A stretch of 34,338 nucleotides of DNA from Candidatus Sungiibacteriota bacterium (GTDB lineage: Bacteria > Patescibacteriota > Minisyncoccia > Sungbacterales > JACQCQ01), in NCBI GenBank assembly GCA_016181565.1, contig JACOZA010000081.1:1-34338 (forward strand), written 5' to 3'. The notes beneath the pieces were generated by a model. That model had not been told where the DNA came from. It saw nothing but the letters and a program-made list of their open reading frames with translations, and did not search any database. Made by a program: the position numbers and the translations under genes. This document shows positions 21,642 to 30,020 of this stretch, one piece after another. Every line of letters begins with the position of its first letter. Within the stretch, counting starts at the first letter, position 1.

Positions 21642-22859
21642 TCACCACATTAGGAGACTCCACCACGGCTTTTTTACCGCTTCGATAGCGCCGTTCTCGG
21701 CATTGATATTAATTGTCACTTGCATAGTTACCGGAATAAGGAAGAGAAGCCGGCCACGTTTTCTTGCTCGCACTTCGTAAGTCGGTTGGTTTTTCTCCGT
21801 TTGTTTAAGCTCGACAGTTTCAACGGCATCAATGTTAAGTTTGCCTTCTTTTTTCTGGCTCTCGATAATTTGCGGAACTGCTTCTAGACGAACGCTTGGC
21901 GGTGGTTCAATTGAGGGCAGTCCTTGTTCGGCTTCTCCTGGTATGATCGATTGTCCGGCTGGTGCGGGCGTAGGCATTGGAGCCGACGGAGAAGCTGGAG
22001 TCGGGGTTGGCGTGCCAGTGGTTGTGCCGCCGATCGGACGTACAACAACAATGTCGACCGATGATTTGTTATTCGACTCATCGACCTCGTTTATTTTATT
22101 GAATGGATCAGCCGATATTGATAGAATTTTTGGCCCGGCCGAATTATAGAGGCCCGTCATCTCAACATGACAAGCCGTTTGAGGCTCCAGTACTGCAGTT
22201 GATTTACATCCGTCTGATGTCAAGTTTGCAATTATTCCTATGGGCGTGGTTGATGGGTCTATGCCGTAAGAAGCAAATTGTCGCAGATCGACGTTGCCCG
22301 CATCGCTAATGCCGCGGTTCTCAACATCAAAACTAATAGAAATTCGCTGATTTATCGTCGGTGTTGTCGGCTGGACCTTCAGTCCGGAAATAACTAGATC
22401 GGCTGTTGGAGCGACAGTTGAGGCGGGGACGATACTAAACGGCGAATCGCTCTTATCTGGGATCCAGCCGTAGGGATATTTGTACTGCGGATAAAGGATA
22501 GGTGAGACGCCCCCAACTTGGACGAAGTATTGATCATTTGATCCTTGCTGGATGAAGGCGGGAACTAGGAAATTTTCTGATCCATCGTTGGTGGTAGCTT
22601 CCGCAATAATCTGGACAGTCTTAAAAACTCCGCCAATATTCTCGTCCTTCTCTAAAAGAACAATTGACACCGGTGTATCAGCCGGATAGTTCGTTGTTGT
22701 CCACTTGATGGTTTGTACACTCCCCATGGACCAGATTTCTCCGCCATTGGGCGAGAGCACGATAATTGCAGAACTCGTTTGCGCAAATGCTTGATATGCA
22801 AACGTTAATACAAAAATGACTAAAATTGACTGCAGGCTTTTCTTGGCTTGGATCATCAT
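21642..22859 (-). CDS. Secreted hypothetical protein with a CARDB-like domain and a Pro/Thr-rich linker
   Basis: Signal peptide (SILVIFVLTFAYQAFAQTS), then IVLSPNGGEIWSMGSVQTIKWTT. A CARDB-like block follows (DLVISGLKVQPTTPTINQRISISFDVENRGISDAGNV), then a TGTPTPTPASPSAPMPTPAP linker and a conserved-looking C-terminal module ending KKPWWSLLMW. Confidence 0.7.
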   Translation of the reverse strand: MMIQAKKSLQSILVIFVLTFAYQAFAQTSSAIIVLSPNGGEIWSMGSVQTIKWTTTNYPADTPVSIVLLEKDENIGGVFKTVQIIAEATTNDGSENFLVPAFIQQGSNDQYFVQVGGVSPILYPQYKYPYGWIPDKSDSPFSIVPASTVAPTADLVISGLKVQPTTPTINQRISISFDVENRGISDAGNVDLRQFASYGIDPSTTPIGIIANLTSDGCKSTAVLEPQTACHVEMTGLYNSAGPKILSISADPFNKINEVDESNNKSSVDIVVVRPIGGTTTGTPTPTPASPSAPMPTPAPAGQSIIPGEAEQGLPSIEPPPSVRLEAVPQIIESQKKEGKLNIDAVETVELKQTEKNQPTYEVRARKRGRLLFLIPVTMQVTININAENGAIEAVKKPWWSLLMW

Positions 22860-22907
22860 ATTGAATAAAATTTATAAATAATATAGTACTTTATGCGATT
22901 TATGGAT

Positions 22908-22994
22908 TGGTGCCGGAGGAGGGAGTCCAACCCTCATGGGCTTGCGCCCACGCGATTTTGAGTCGCGCGTGTATAGCAGTTCCACCACTCCGGC
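22908..22994 (-). tRNA. tRNA-Leu (anticodon CAA), class II with long variable arm, CCA encoded
   Basis: The reverse complement reads GCCGGAG-TG-...-CGCGA CTCAAAA TCGCG-(TGGGCGCAAGCCCAT variable arm)-GAGGG TTGGACT CCCTC-CTCCGGC-A-CCA. The 7-bp acceptor stem, 5-bp anticodon stem and 5-bp T stem all pair. The anticodon loop CUCAAAA gives CAA. Confidence 0.9.
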
Positions 22995-23004
22995 GCGCAC
23001 AGGC

Positions 23005-23033
23005 ATCATATTTTTGAAGTGACCGTTTGTCAA
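23005..23033 (-). promoter_or_regulatory. Near-consensus sigma70 promoter for tRNA-Leu
   Basis: On the minus strand: TTGACA (plus 23028-23033), 17-nt spacer, TATGAT (plus 23005-23010). The -10 ends 10 nt before the mature tRNA 5' end. Confidence 0.6.
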
Positions 23034-23055
23034 CGAAACTCGCCCGCGTTATTCT
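23027..23055 (+). promoter_or_regulatory. Candidate promoter for parB sharing its -35 with the divergent tRNA promoter
   Basis: TTGTCA (23027-23032), 17-nt spacer, TATTCT (23050-23055). The ATG at 23065 is only 9 nt downstream, which suggests a leaderless or near-leaderless mRNA. Confidence 0.4.
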
Positions 23056-23064
23056 AGATATGTC

Positions 23065-24087
23065 ATGGACGAATCGACTCAACCAGGCTCCGTTCCGGAA
23101 GAAAATAATCCTATATCGGGGCTAACAGCCCCCTCGGGTCCGCCGGTGGGATTCACCACTCCCGCGGCCGAATTTAAACCCGTCGCTCCCTTGACCGAGC
23201 GTCGCGCCAATGAAAGCATTTTTTGGATTGAACGAACAAGGATTCAGCCGAATCCCTACCAGCCGCGGCGCGAGTTTGATGAAGCGTCGCTGAAAGATTT
23301 GGCTGAATCCATCCGGACGCACGGCATGCTCCAGCCGATTTTGGTGTCGCGCGTAGAGGTTGAAACCCCTCGCGGCATGGAGGTGAAATACCAGTTGATC
23401 GCCGGCGAGCGGCGCCTGCGTGCCGCGGGACTCGCCGGCATGGAGCAGGTGCCGGTCATCATCAAAAAGGAGCCGACGGACCGGATGAAGTTGGAACTGG
23501 CGTTGATTGAGAACGTCCAGCGCGAGGACTTAAACCCGATTGAGCGCGCCAAAGCTTTCCGTCAGCTGATTGATGATTTCAAGCTGATGCAGCGCGAAGT
23601 CGCCGAGCGCGTGGGGAAATCGCGCGAGATGGTGGCCAATACCCTTCGACTCTTGTCTCTACCCATTGATATGCAGCAGGCGATTGCCGACGGCAAGATG
23701 ACCGAGGGGCATGCGCGCGCCGTTTTGATGGTGGGGGACAATCTTGAACTGCAAAGACAAATTTTTAACCAGATTATGTCGGGGAAATTGACGGTTCGTG
23801 AAACGGAAAATGAAGCGCGCCGGCTCTCCGGCCGTACCTTAACTCCGCGCAAGCGCTTTGGCTCGCCCGGGGATCCCGAAACGCGCGACTGGCAGTCAAA
23901 ACTGCAGGAACTTCTAGGTACGAAAGTATTAGTTCAGAAAATCGGTGACCGCGGCAAAATCGTGATTGAGTTTTATTCCGACGAAGAACTGCGCGCGATT
24001 ATTGATAAGGTACTGCAGGAGCGGGGTGACGCGGTACAAAGTGACAAGGGAAAAGGAGTACGCCGAGCTGAAGGATTCACGGAATGA
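23065..24087 (+). CDS. parB: ParB/Spo0J chromosome-partitioning protein
   Basis: NPYQPRREF, MLQPILV, YQLIAGERRLRAAGLAG (ParB box), and the HTH MQREVAERVGKSREMVANTLRLLSLP. No parA is present in the window. Confidence 0.9.
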   Translation: MDESTQPGSVPEENNPISGLTAPSGPPVGFTTPAAEFKPVAPLTERRANESIFWIERTRIQPNPYQPRREFDEASLKDLAESIRTHGMLQPILVSRVEVETPRGMEVKYQLIAGERRLRAAGLAGMEQVPVIIKKEPTDRMKLELALIENVQREDLNPIERAKAFRQLIDDFKLMQREVAERVGKSREMVANTLRLLSLPIDMQQAIADGKMTEGHARAVLMVGDNLELQRQIFNQIMSGKLTVRETENEARRLSGRTLTPRKRFGSPGDPETRDWQSKLQELLGTKVLVQKIGDRGKIVIEFYSDEELRAIIDKVLQERGDAVQSDKGKGVRRAEGFTE

Positions 24088-24145
24088 GGTCGGGAGGCTT
24101 TTACACGGGTTCATTCGCTCATTGAAGTAAGCCCAATTTCCCTAG

Positions 24146-24208
24146 TTCCTTGCTGCTTATCTCTCGTCACTGATCTATTGTCTCTTGTTTCTTGTCTCTT
24201 GTCGCTAG
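24146..24208. repeat. Array of 9 heptamers (TCTCTTG type) filling the parB/rel convergent spacer
   Basis: TTCCTTG CTGCTTA TCTCTCG TCACTGA TCTATTG TCTCTTG TTTCTTG TCTCTTG TCGCTAG. TCTCTTG is the reverse complement of the CAAGAGA unit in leuS. The last unit contains the rel stop codon. Confidence 0.85.
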
Positions 24209-25932
24209 ATTATTCTATAACTCACTTCATCAACGCCTTTGACGCTTTTCAATTTGGTAATGAGTTTCTTCAGTTCGTCATCGGACTTGACGGGACAGTT
24301 CATGATAATTAAAGGATGACTACGCTCTCCGCGCTCGGTGCGGGTGCCTTTCATATTAATTTTGAATGAGGCGACGACCGAGGTGAGATCATTCAAGAAT
24401 CCCACGCGATCTTTGCCGATGACGCGGACTTCAACCAATTGACCGCCTTGTTTCTGGCCGAAAATTTTATCGCGCTCGGCCGTGCGCAGCACCGAAGCAA
24501 TATGTTTTCGCGCCATCGAAGTTTTGACAAAGTTCAGCCAATCGGGATTGGGTTTTTTGTTTTTTTGCGTGATGACTTCAACCACATCGCCGTTTCCCAG
24601 CTCGTGATCCAACGGCACCATCTTGCCGTTGACGCGGGCGCCCGAGGCGCTGTTGCCGATTGCTGAATGCACGTGATAGGCAAAGTCAACCGGTGTGGCG
24701 CCTTCGGGGAGATCTATGGCATCGCCTCTGGGCGTTAAGCAGAAGATGCGGTTTTTGAAGAAGTCGATTTTCAGCGATTCCAGGAACTCGCTTGAGTCCG
24801 TCACTTCGTTTTGCCAGTCGCGGAGCTGGTTTACCCAGGAGAGTTCAGCGTCTTTGGCGGTGGAGGCGATATTCTTGCGGTAGTCCTTCAATTTTTTTTG
24901 CTCGCTGTAGGCCCAGTGTGCGGCGATGCCGTGCTCGGCTTCTTCATGCATTTCGGGGGTGCGGATTTGAATTTCTATAATCTCGCCATCCGGCCCGAAG
25001 ATAGTGGTGTGCAACGACTTGTAGCCGTTGGGTTTGGGCATGGCGATGTAGTCTTTGATAAGCCCGGGGAACGGTTTCCAGTGCGCGTGAATAATGCCGA
25101 GCGCCCGATAGCAGTCCTCAATCGTCGGCACGATCATACGAAGAGCTATCAAGTCGTGAATTTTTTCGATGTCCATGTCGTGCTTCAGCAGCTTCTGCCA
25201 CAAGCTGTATTGGTGCTTCGCGCGCGAGTGCATATCAAGGATGGTGATACTTTCATCCCGCAGGTATTTTTCTGTGAGCGGCTGGATGCGCTTGATATAG
25301 TTTGCGCGCTCGCTCATCTCGCTTTGGGCGAGTTTCATAACCATCGCGTGTTCTTCGGGATAGACATAGGGAAACGCCAGGTCTTCCAGCGCGGCTTTTA
25401 AGTCTCCGAAGCCGAGGCGACTGGCAAGCGGCGCGTAAATTTCAAGAGTTTCCAACGCGATTCTTTTTTGCTTTTCCGGCGGCAGGGCCGCCAGTGTTTC
25501 CATATTATGCAGCCGATCCATCAGCTTGATCAGAACCACGCGGATGTCTTCGGCAATGGCAAAAAACATCTTGCGCAGCGACTCGGCCATGCGTTCGATG
25601 CCGCTGTATTTGAGTTTCCCGAGCTTGGTCACGCCGTCCACCAGGAAGGCAATGTCGTCGCCGAACTCTCTTCGGATGTCTTCAATGGAAACTCCCGTAT
25701 CTTCGGCAGTGTCGTGCAGAAGCGCCGCGGCGATGGTTGCTGGGTCCAGTTTCAGTTCCGCCAGGCGAATGGCTGCGGCCAGGGGGTGGGCGATGTAAGG
25801 CTCTCCCGATTTTCGTTTTTGGCCGCGATGGACTTTATCGGCAAAGTGGAATGCCCGCTCGATAATTGCGAGATCAGACGGATTGTAGGATTTGATTTTT
25901 TCTTTGAGGAGGGCGAGTGTCACAGTACCCAT
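24205..25932 (-). CDS. rel: Bifunctional (p)ppGpp synthetase/hydrolase, compact Rel/SpoT homologue
   Basis: HD hydrolase (HRGQKRKSGEPYIAHPL...HDTAEDT), synthetase (YKSLHTTIFGPDGEIIEIQIRTPEMHEEAEHGIAAHWAY), TGS (LTPRGDAIDLPEGATPVDFAYHVHSAIG) and an ACT-like C-terminus. Confidence 0.92.
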   Translation of the reverse strand: MGTVTLALLKEKIKSYNPSDLAIIERAFHFADKVHRGQKRKSGEPYIAHPLAAAIRLAELKLDPATIAAALLHDTAEDTGVSIEDIRREFGDDIAFLVDGVTKLGKLKYSGIERMAESLRKMFFAIAEDIRVVLIKLMDRLHNMETLAALPPEKQKRIALETLEIYAPLASRLGFGDLKAALEDLAFPYVYPEEHAMVMKLAQSEMSERANYIKRIQPLTEKYLRDESITILDMHSRAKHQYSLWQKLLKHDMDIEKIHDLIALRMIVPTIEDCYRALGIIHAHWKPFPGLIKDYIAMPKPNGYKSLHTTIFGPDGEIIEIQIRTPEMHEEAEHGIAAHWAYSEQKKLKDYRKNIASTAKDAELSWVNQLRDWQNEVTDSSEFLESLKIDFFKNRIFCLTPRGDAIDLPEGATPVDFAYHVHSAIGNSASGARVNGKMVPLDHELGNGDVVEVITQKNKKPNPDWLNFVKTSMARKHIASVLRTAERDKIFGQKQGGQLVEVRVIGKDRVGFLNDLTSVVASFKINMKGTRTERGERSHPLIIMNCPVKSDDELKKLITKLKSVKGVDEVSYRII

Positions 25933-25973
25933 TTGATAGTACGAATTAGCCTGATTAGCAAGTTCCCATCACA

Positions 25974-26004
25974 TAAAACCGCCGCGTCTGACGCGGCGGT
26001 TTCG
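25974..26004 (-). terminator. Intrinsic terminator after topA
   Basis: Perfect 9-bp stem ACCGCCGCG / CGCGGCGGT (25978-26000) with a 5-nt loop. On the minus strand it is followed by TTTTATGTG. It lies 6-10 nt after the topA stop. Confidence 0.75.
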
Positions 26005-26009
26005 GTGTT

Positions 26010-28022
26010 TTAGGCTTCGCTCGGTTCTTTTTTCTTCCCGTTCGGATTCGTCCAGGTAGCATAAGTACAGGTAGGATACCTTGAGCAGCCGAAGAAAAGA
26101 CGCCTTTTTCTGGTGAATCGCTGGACAACGTCGCCTTCCCGGCAAAGTGGGCATTTTACTCCGGTTGAAACAGGCTCTTTATTGATGGCCTTGGCGTTTT
26201 TGCACTCGGGAAAACCCGAGCAGGCGAGGAATTTGCCGAAACGGCCGAACTTAATGACCATGGGCTTGCCGCACTTCTCGCAGACTCCATCAGTTACCTC
26301 ATCGGCAATTTGTTTCTTGACTTCTTCGTACTTGATTTCCAAATGCTTCGAAAACGGTTCGTAGAATTCACGGATCACCGGCTGCCATTCTTTAGATCCT
26401 TCGGCGACTTCATCGAACTCCAGTTCAATTTTGGCGGTGAAGCCGATGTCTACAACTTCAGGGAAGTGCTCGACTAACAGATCGTTCACCATGATCCCCA
26501 TATCAGTCGGCCGGTAGCGCTTCCTGTCATCTTTCTCAACATAGCTGCGGTTCTGGATGGTGGAGAGCGTCGGCGCGTAGGTCGAGGGGCGTCCCACGCC
26601 GGCTTTTTCCAGCATCTTGATCAGCGACGCATCGGTATAGCGCGGCGGCGGTTCGGTGAAGTGCTGGATTGGGAGCACTTGCGATGGGATCACCTTCTCC
26701 GCCGGTTTCAATTCCGGCAGGAGAATCTCTTCCGTTTTCATGGGGTAGACTTTCAAGAAGCCGTCAAATTTCATCACTTGTCCCGTGGCGCGGAAGGTGT
26801 ATAAACCCGCAGCCATGTCGGCCGTCGTGTTGTCAAACACCGCCGGCGGCATTTGAGTAGCCATGAAACGCTGCCAGATGAGGCGGTAGAGCTTCAACTG
26901 GCGCGTATCGAGATAATCGGCAATCGAGTCGGGGCTCAGCGCGGGGTCCGTCGGGCGGATAGCTTCGTGCGCTTCTTGGGCGCCCCTGGTCTTGGTTTTG
27001 AAAAATCGAGGAGAAGGGAGGGTGTAGGATACGCCGAACTGCTTTTCAAGATAATGCCTGGCCGCAATCACCGCGCTTTGCGCCATGCTCGTCGAGTCTG
27101 TGCGCATGTAGGTAATCAACCCGACCTCACCCTCCCCAATGTTGATTCCTTCGTAGAGCTGCTGCGCCAGCACCATGGTTTGGCGCGCGGAAAATCCAAG
27201 CCGCCGCGAGGCTTCCTGCTGCAGGGTAGAGGTCATGAACGGCGGGAAAGGCGACTTCGACGTTGCCTTTTTTTCGACGTTGGCAACGATCCAGTCTTTA
27301 TCTTTCGCGTCTTCAGCAATTTGCTTGGCGTCCGCTTCAGTTTTGATGTCGAACTTTTCCAGGGGTTTTCCGTTTGTCTTGGCCAGCGTGGCGCGGAATT
27401 TTTCGCCTTTTCCGGTTTTCACGTCTGCTTCGATGGTCCAGTATTCCTCGGCTTTGAACGCCTCAATTTCTCGCTCGCGCTCGACAACCAGCCGCACCGC
27501 GACCGACTGCACTCTTCCGGCGGAAAGCCCGCGCGCCACTTTTTTCCATAAAAAGGGCGAGAGCTTGTACCCTACGATACGGTCAAGGATGCGGCGCGCC
27601 TGCTGGGCGTTGATGAGCTTTGTATCCAGATCGCGGGGGTTTTGGAGCGCTGCTTGGATGGCGGGCTCGGTGATTTCATGAAAGACAATACGCTCAATGT
27701 TGTCGTCGGGACGATCTTCGAGCCCGAGGGCCGAGATCAGATGCCAGGCGATAGCCTCGCCTTCGCGGTCCTCGTCAGTCGCCAGGATTATTTTGGCGGT
27801 CTTCTTGGCGAGTTCTTTTAACTTTTTGACGTTAGCTTTGGCTTTCTGGGGGACGATGTAGGAGGGCGTAAAATTATTCTCGAAGTCAATGCCAATTTTA
27901 GACTTCGGCAAGTCTCTAACATGTCCGTATGAAGATTCAACGATAAAGTCTTTTCCGAGGAACCGCGAGATGGTTCTGGCTTTCGTCGGCGATTCAACGA
28001 TGACAAGGTTTTTTTGTTTCAT
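26010..28022 (-). CDS. topA: DNA topoisomerase I
   Basis: Toprim N-terminus (LVIVESPTKARTISRFLG, DEDREGEAIAWH), active-site Tyr region (GLITYMRTDS) and C-terminal Cys4 zinc ribbons (CEKCGKPM...CSGFPEC; CPLC...CSRYPTC). Confidence 0.95.
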   Translation of the reverse strand: MKQKNLVIVESPTKARTISRFLGKDFIVESSYGHVRDLPKSKIGIDFENNFTPSYIVPQKAKANVKKLKELAKKTAKIILATDEDREGEAIAWHLISALGLEDRPDDNIERIVFHEITEPAIQAALQNPRDLDTKLINAQQARRILDRIVGYKLSPFLWKKVARGLSAGRVQSVAVRLVVEREREIEAFKAEEYWTIEADVKTGKGEKFRATLAKTNGKPLEKFDIKTEADAKQIAEDAKDKDWIVANVEKKATSKSPFPPFMTSTLQQEASRRLGFSARQTMVLAQQLYEGINIGEGEVGLITYMRTDSTSMAQSAVIAARHYLEKQFGVSYTLPSPRFFKTKTRGAQEAHEAIRPTDPALSPDSIADYLDTRQLKLYRLIWQRFMATQMPPAVFDNTTADMAAGLYTFRATGQVMKFDGFLKVYPMKTEEILLPELKPAEKVIPSQVLPIQHFTEPPPRYTDASLIKMLEKAGVGRPSTYAPTLSTIQNRSYVEKDDRKRYRPTDMGIMVNDLLVEHFPEVVDIGFTAKIELEFDEVAEGSKEWQPVIREFYEPFSKHLEIKYEEVKKQIADEVTDGVCEKCGKPMVIKFGRFGKFLACSGFPECKNAKAINKEPVSTGVKCPLCREGDVVQRFTRKRRLFFGCSRYPTCTYATWTNPNGKKKEPSEA

Positions 28023-28160
28023 CTGATGGCTGTCGTAGGGGCTTCTTAACGGGGCGAGTCAACAATTTAATCTACTAACCATATTACACCGTATGCTGTC
28101 AATCCCAACACTAATCTGGGCGTGAAAATTTCTAATGTCCTCAAGTCAGCGCGTGATAAC

Positions 28161-29195
28161 TTATGCGCGACGTGAATAGATGCCCAGCTCAACTTCAAAA
28201 ATTTTATTTTTTAATTCGAGGAGGGAGAGCGATGCCTGCAATGCGGCGGTGTCTTCTTTTAACTGCGTTTTTAAATCATCGAGCGAGCACGGTTCACGAA
28301 GAGCTTCCAGTATTTTTGCTTCCAGTTCGCCGAGCGCTTCCGCCGCGGCTTCAGGGACGGTCTTGGCCCTTCCGTAGGCTTCGAAAAGATCGTTGGGAGA
28401 AAGCGCCGGCGTCGCCCCTTCTTTGATTAATAGATTCGGGCCCCGAGAGGTAAGCGAGGTAATCGGCCCCGGAATGGCAAAAACATCGCGGTTTTCTTCC
28501 ATGGCGAGGCGCGCCGTAATCAGCGCTCCGCTTTTTTCTTGGGCTTCGACGATGATGATTCCCTGCGCAAGGCCCGCGATGATGCGGTTCCGCTCGGGGA
28601 AGTGATGAGGCAAGGCCGGGGCTCCCGGCGGGTACTCGGAGATGACAGCCCCGCCGTCCTTAATAATCGTTTCGGCAATCGCCCAATTGGCTTGGGGAAA
28701 GAATGAATCTCGATCAAGCCCCGAGCCGATGACCGCCACGGTCCTGCCGCGCGCTTTCAACGCCCCCACGTGCGCTTCGCGGTCAATGCCGGTGGCAAGA
28801 CCCGAGACGATAATCGCGCCACCCTCCGCTAGTTCTTCGCCAAATTGGCGGGCGACGAATTTTCCGTATTCTGTGGGCTTTCGTGTGCCGACAATGCCGA
28901 TGGTCCAATCTGTCTCGTTGTGTTTCCACGGGAGCTTACCTTTTATATAGAGAATCGCGGGCGCATCATGGATTTCTTTCAAGAGCGGGGGATAGTCTTT
29001 ACTTGACTGATCAACCAGCCAGATGCCGGCACGCACCAATTTTTCCATTTCGCGGTCGGGGTCAATAGCAGAGTGTGATATTTTCCGCCAGGCGGTTTCG
29101 GGATTGGGAGTTTGGTTCAGTGCTTTTAAAAGCGCTTGCGGTTCGCCGCCGAGGGCCAGGTTGAGCGCGTGAATAAATTTTGTCGAAGAGTTCAT
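28161..29195 (-). CDS. dprA: DNA-processing protein DprA (Smf)
   Basis: IGIVGTRKPTEYG, IVSGLATGIDREAH and GALITARLAMEENRDVFAIPG. dprA-topA adjacency is a common arrangement. Confidence 0.9.
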   Translation of the reverse strand: MNSSTKFIHALNLALGGEPQALLKALNQTPNPETAWRKISHSAIDPDREMEKLVRAGIWLVDQSSKDYPPLLKEIHDAPAILYIKGKLPWKHNETDWTIGIVGTRKPTEYGKFVARQFGEELAEGGAIIVSGLATGIDREAHVGALKARGRTVAVIGSGLDRDSFFPQANWAIAETIIKDGGAVISEYPPGAPALPHHFPERNRIIAGLAQGIIIVEAQEKSGALITARLAMEENRDVFAIPGPITSLTSRGPNLLIKEGATPALSPNDLFEAYGRAKTVPEAAAEALGELEAKILEALREPCSLDDLKTQLKEDTAALQASLSLLELKNKIFEVELGIYSRRA

Positions 29196-29238
29196 AAAAT
29201 GTACTCTATACGATTCGAGTGCTTGTTGTGAAATGAAA

Positions 29239-29270
29239 GCGGCCCCACCAATCGCGTTTGGCGGGGCCGT
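29239..29270 (-). terminator. Intrinsic terminator after the PRTase-like gene
   Basis: GC-rich ~12-bp stem (CGGCCCCACCAA / TTGGCGGGGCCG, one mismatch). On the minus strand it is followed by CTTTCATTTCAC. Confidence 0.55.
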
Positions 29271-29294
29271 GCTGCGGGTACATCCTGCGGAGCG

Positions 29295-29993
29295 TTATGT
29301 TGCTTTGCCCGTGAGCTCCGCCCAGTGACTTTTCGGCTTCAGTGCCGGCGACCCCTGCTTGCAGAGAATGCACTCTTCGGACGACCAGGCCTTCACGACC
29401 TTCTTGGCCAGGCAGATGATGTCGCCGGTTGCCATCAAGGACCGGTCACTGTCAGGGCGCAGAATCCCGCAGGCGATATCGGGATTCCACCTGATTCGAC
29501 CGTGCGGATTCTCCACTTCAACGGCTCTGCGGACAGCTATCGTTGTCTCGAGCGTCGTGATCAATTCCTCTGCCTGCAGGACGTGCTCGCCCTCGGCAAC
29601 TGTGAACTTACAGAAGAACCGCGGCGCCGTCTTGTCAGTCTCGAAGGCGGGATTTTTCTCGACGTACTCGAATCTGGCCCTGACTTGACCGACATAGTTG
29701 AGCTGTCGCGCAAGCTCGTAGCCAAACGGGACGGCGCTGTAGGTGGAGCTCACGATGACATCAACCAGTTCTACCAGCACGTTCCGCTTGTAGAGACGTC
29801 TGACGAGTTCATAGATGAGTTTCGTTGTCAGGTGCGGCCGTGAGAGAACCTTCCGCGAGTCCACATAGCCGTCCGAGTGCTTGCCGCTTGTGAGAATCGC
29901 GTGCGGTGCGCCGGGAACGCCTCTCCGGTAGTCGAAGAACCAGGTAGCGCCGGCTTCGTCGTAGATAGCGAGCACTTCATCATCGGTGAGCAT
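29295..29993 (-). CDS. Type I phosphoribosyltransferase-fold protein, orotate-PRTase-like with a divergent PRPP loop
   Basis: PyrE-like N-terminal block (HAILTSGKHSDGYVDSRKVLSRPHL). The PRPP-loop position reads HVLQAEELITTLETT rather than the usual hydrophobic-DD-hydrophobic-TTG-G/S/T pattern. It lies 27 nt downstream of pyrF, and AGGAG sits 7 nt before its ATG. Confidence 0.55.
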   Translation of the reverse strand: MLTDDEVLAIYDEAGATWFFDYRRGVPGAPHAILTSGKHSDGYVDSRKVLSRPHLTTKLIYELVRRLYKRNVLVELVDVIVSSTYSAVPFGYELARQLNYVGQVRARFEYVEKNPAFETDKTAPRFFCKFTVAEGEHVLQAEELITTLETTIAVRRAVEVENPHGRIRWNPDIACGILRPDSDRSLMATGDIICLAKKVVKAWSSEECILCKQGSPALKPKSHWAELTGKAT

Positions 29994-30020
29994 CAGATTT
30001 CTCCTCTCCTCTGCGATCAG

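Noticed and set aside
22900-23082. 60-aa minus-strand ORF
   Set aside because: It overlaps the tRNA-Leu gene and its promoter almost completely and has no protein-like features.
23791-23806. parS-like half site CGTGAAACG inside parB
   Set aside because: Only one half of the palindrome is present, because the left half (ACGGTTC) does not match GTTTCAC.
14447-24208. Heptamer arrays as a CRISPR array or other spacer-containing array
   Set aside because: The units are only 7 nt long and directly abutting with no spacers, most lie inside essential ORFs, and no cas genes are present.
24811-26013. Plus-strand ORFs of 196 aa (24811-25401) and 181 aa (25468-26013) antisense to rel
   Set aside because: These are antisense shadow ORFs of a gene with an unambiguous Rel/SpoT reading frame. 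Their composition is Arg/Gly/Phe-rich and non-native-looking, and there are no start signals.
26853-27681. Plus-strand ORFs of 232 aa and 168 aa antisense to topA
   Set aside because: Shadow ORFs opposite a clearly coding topA frame. The sequences are low-complexity and Arg-rich.
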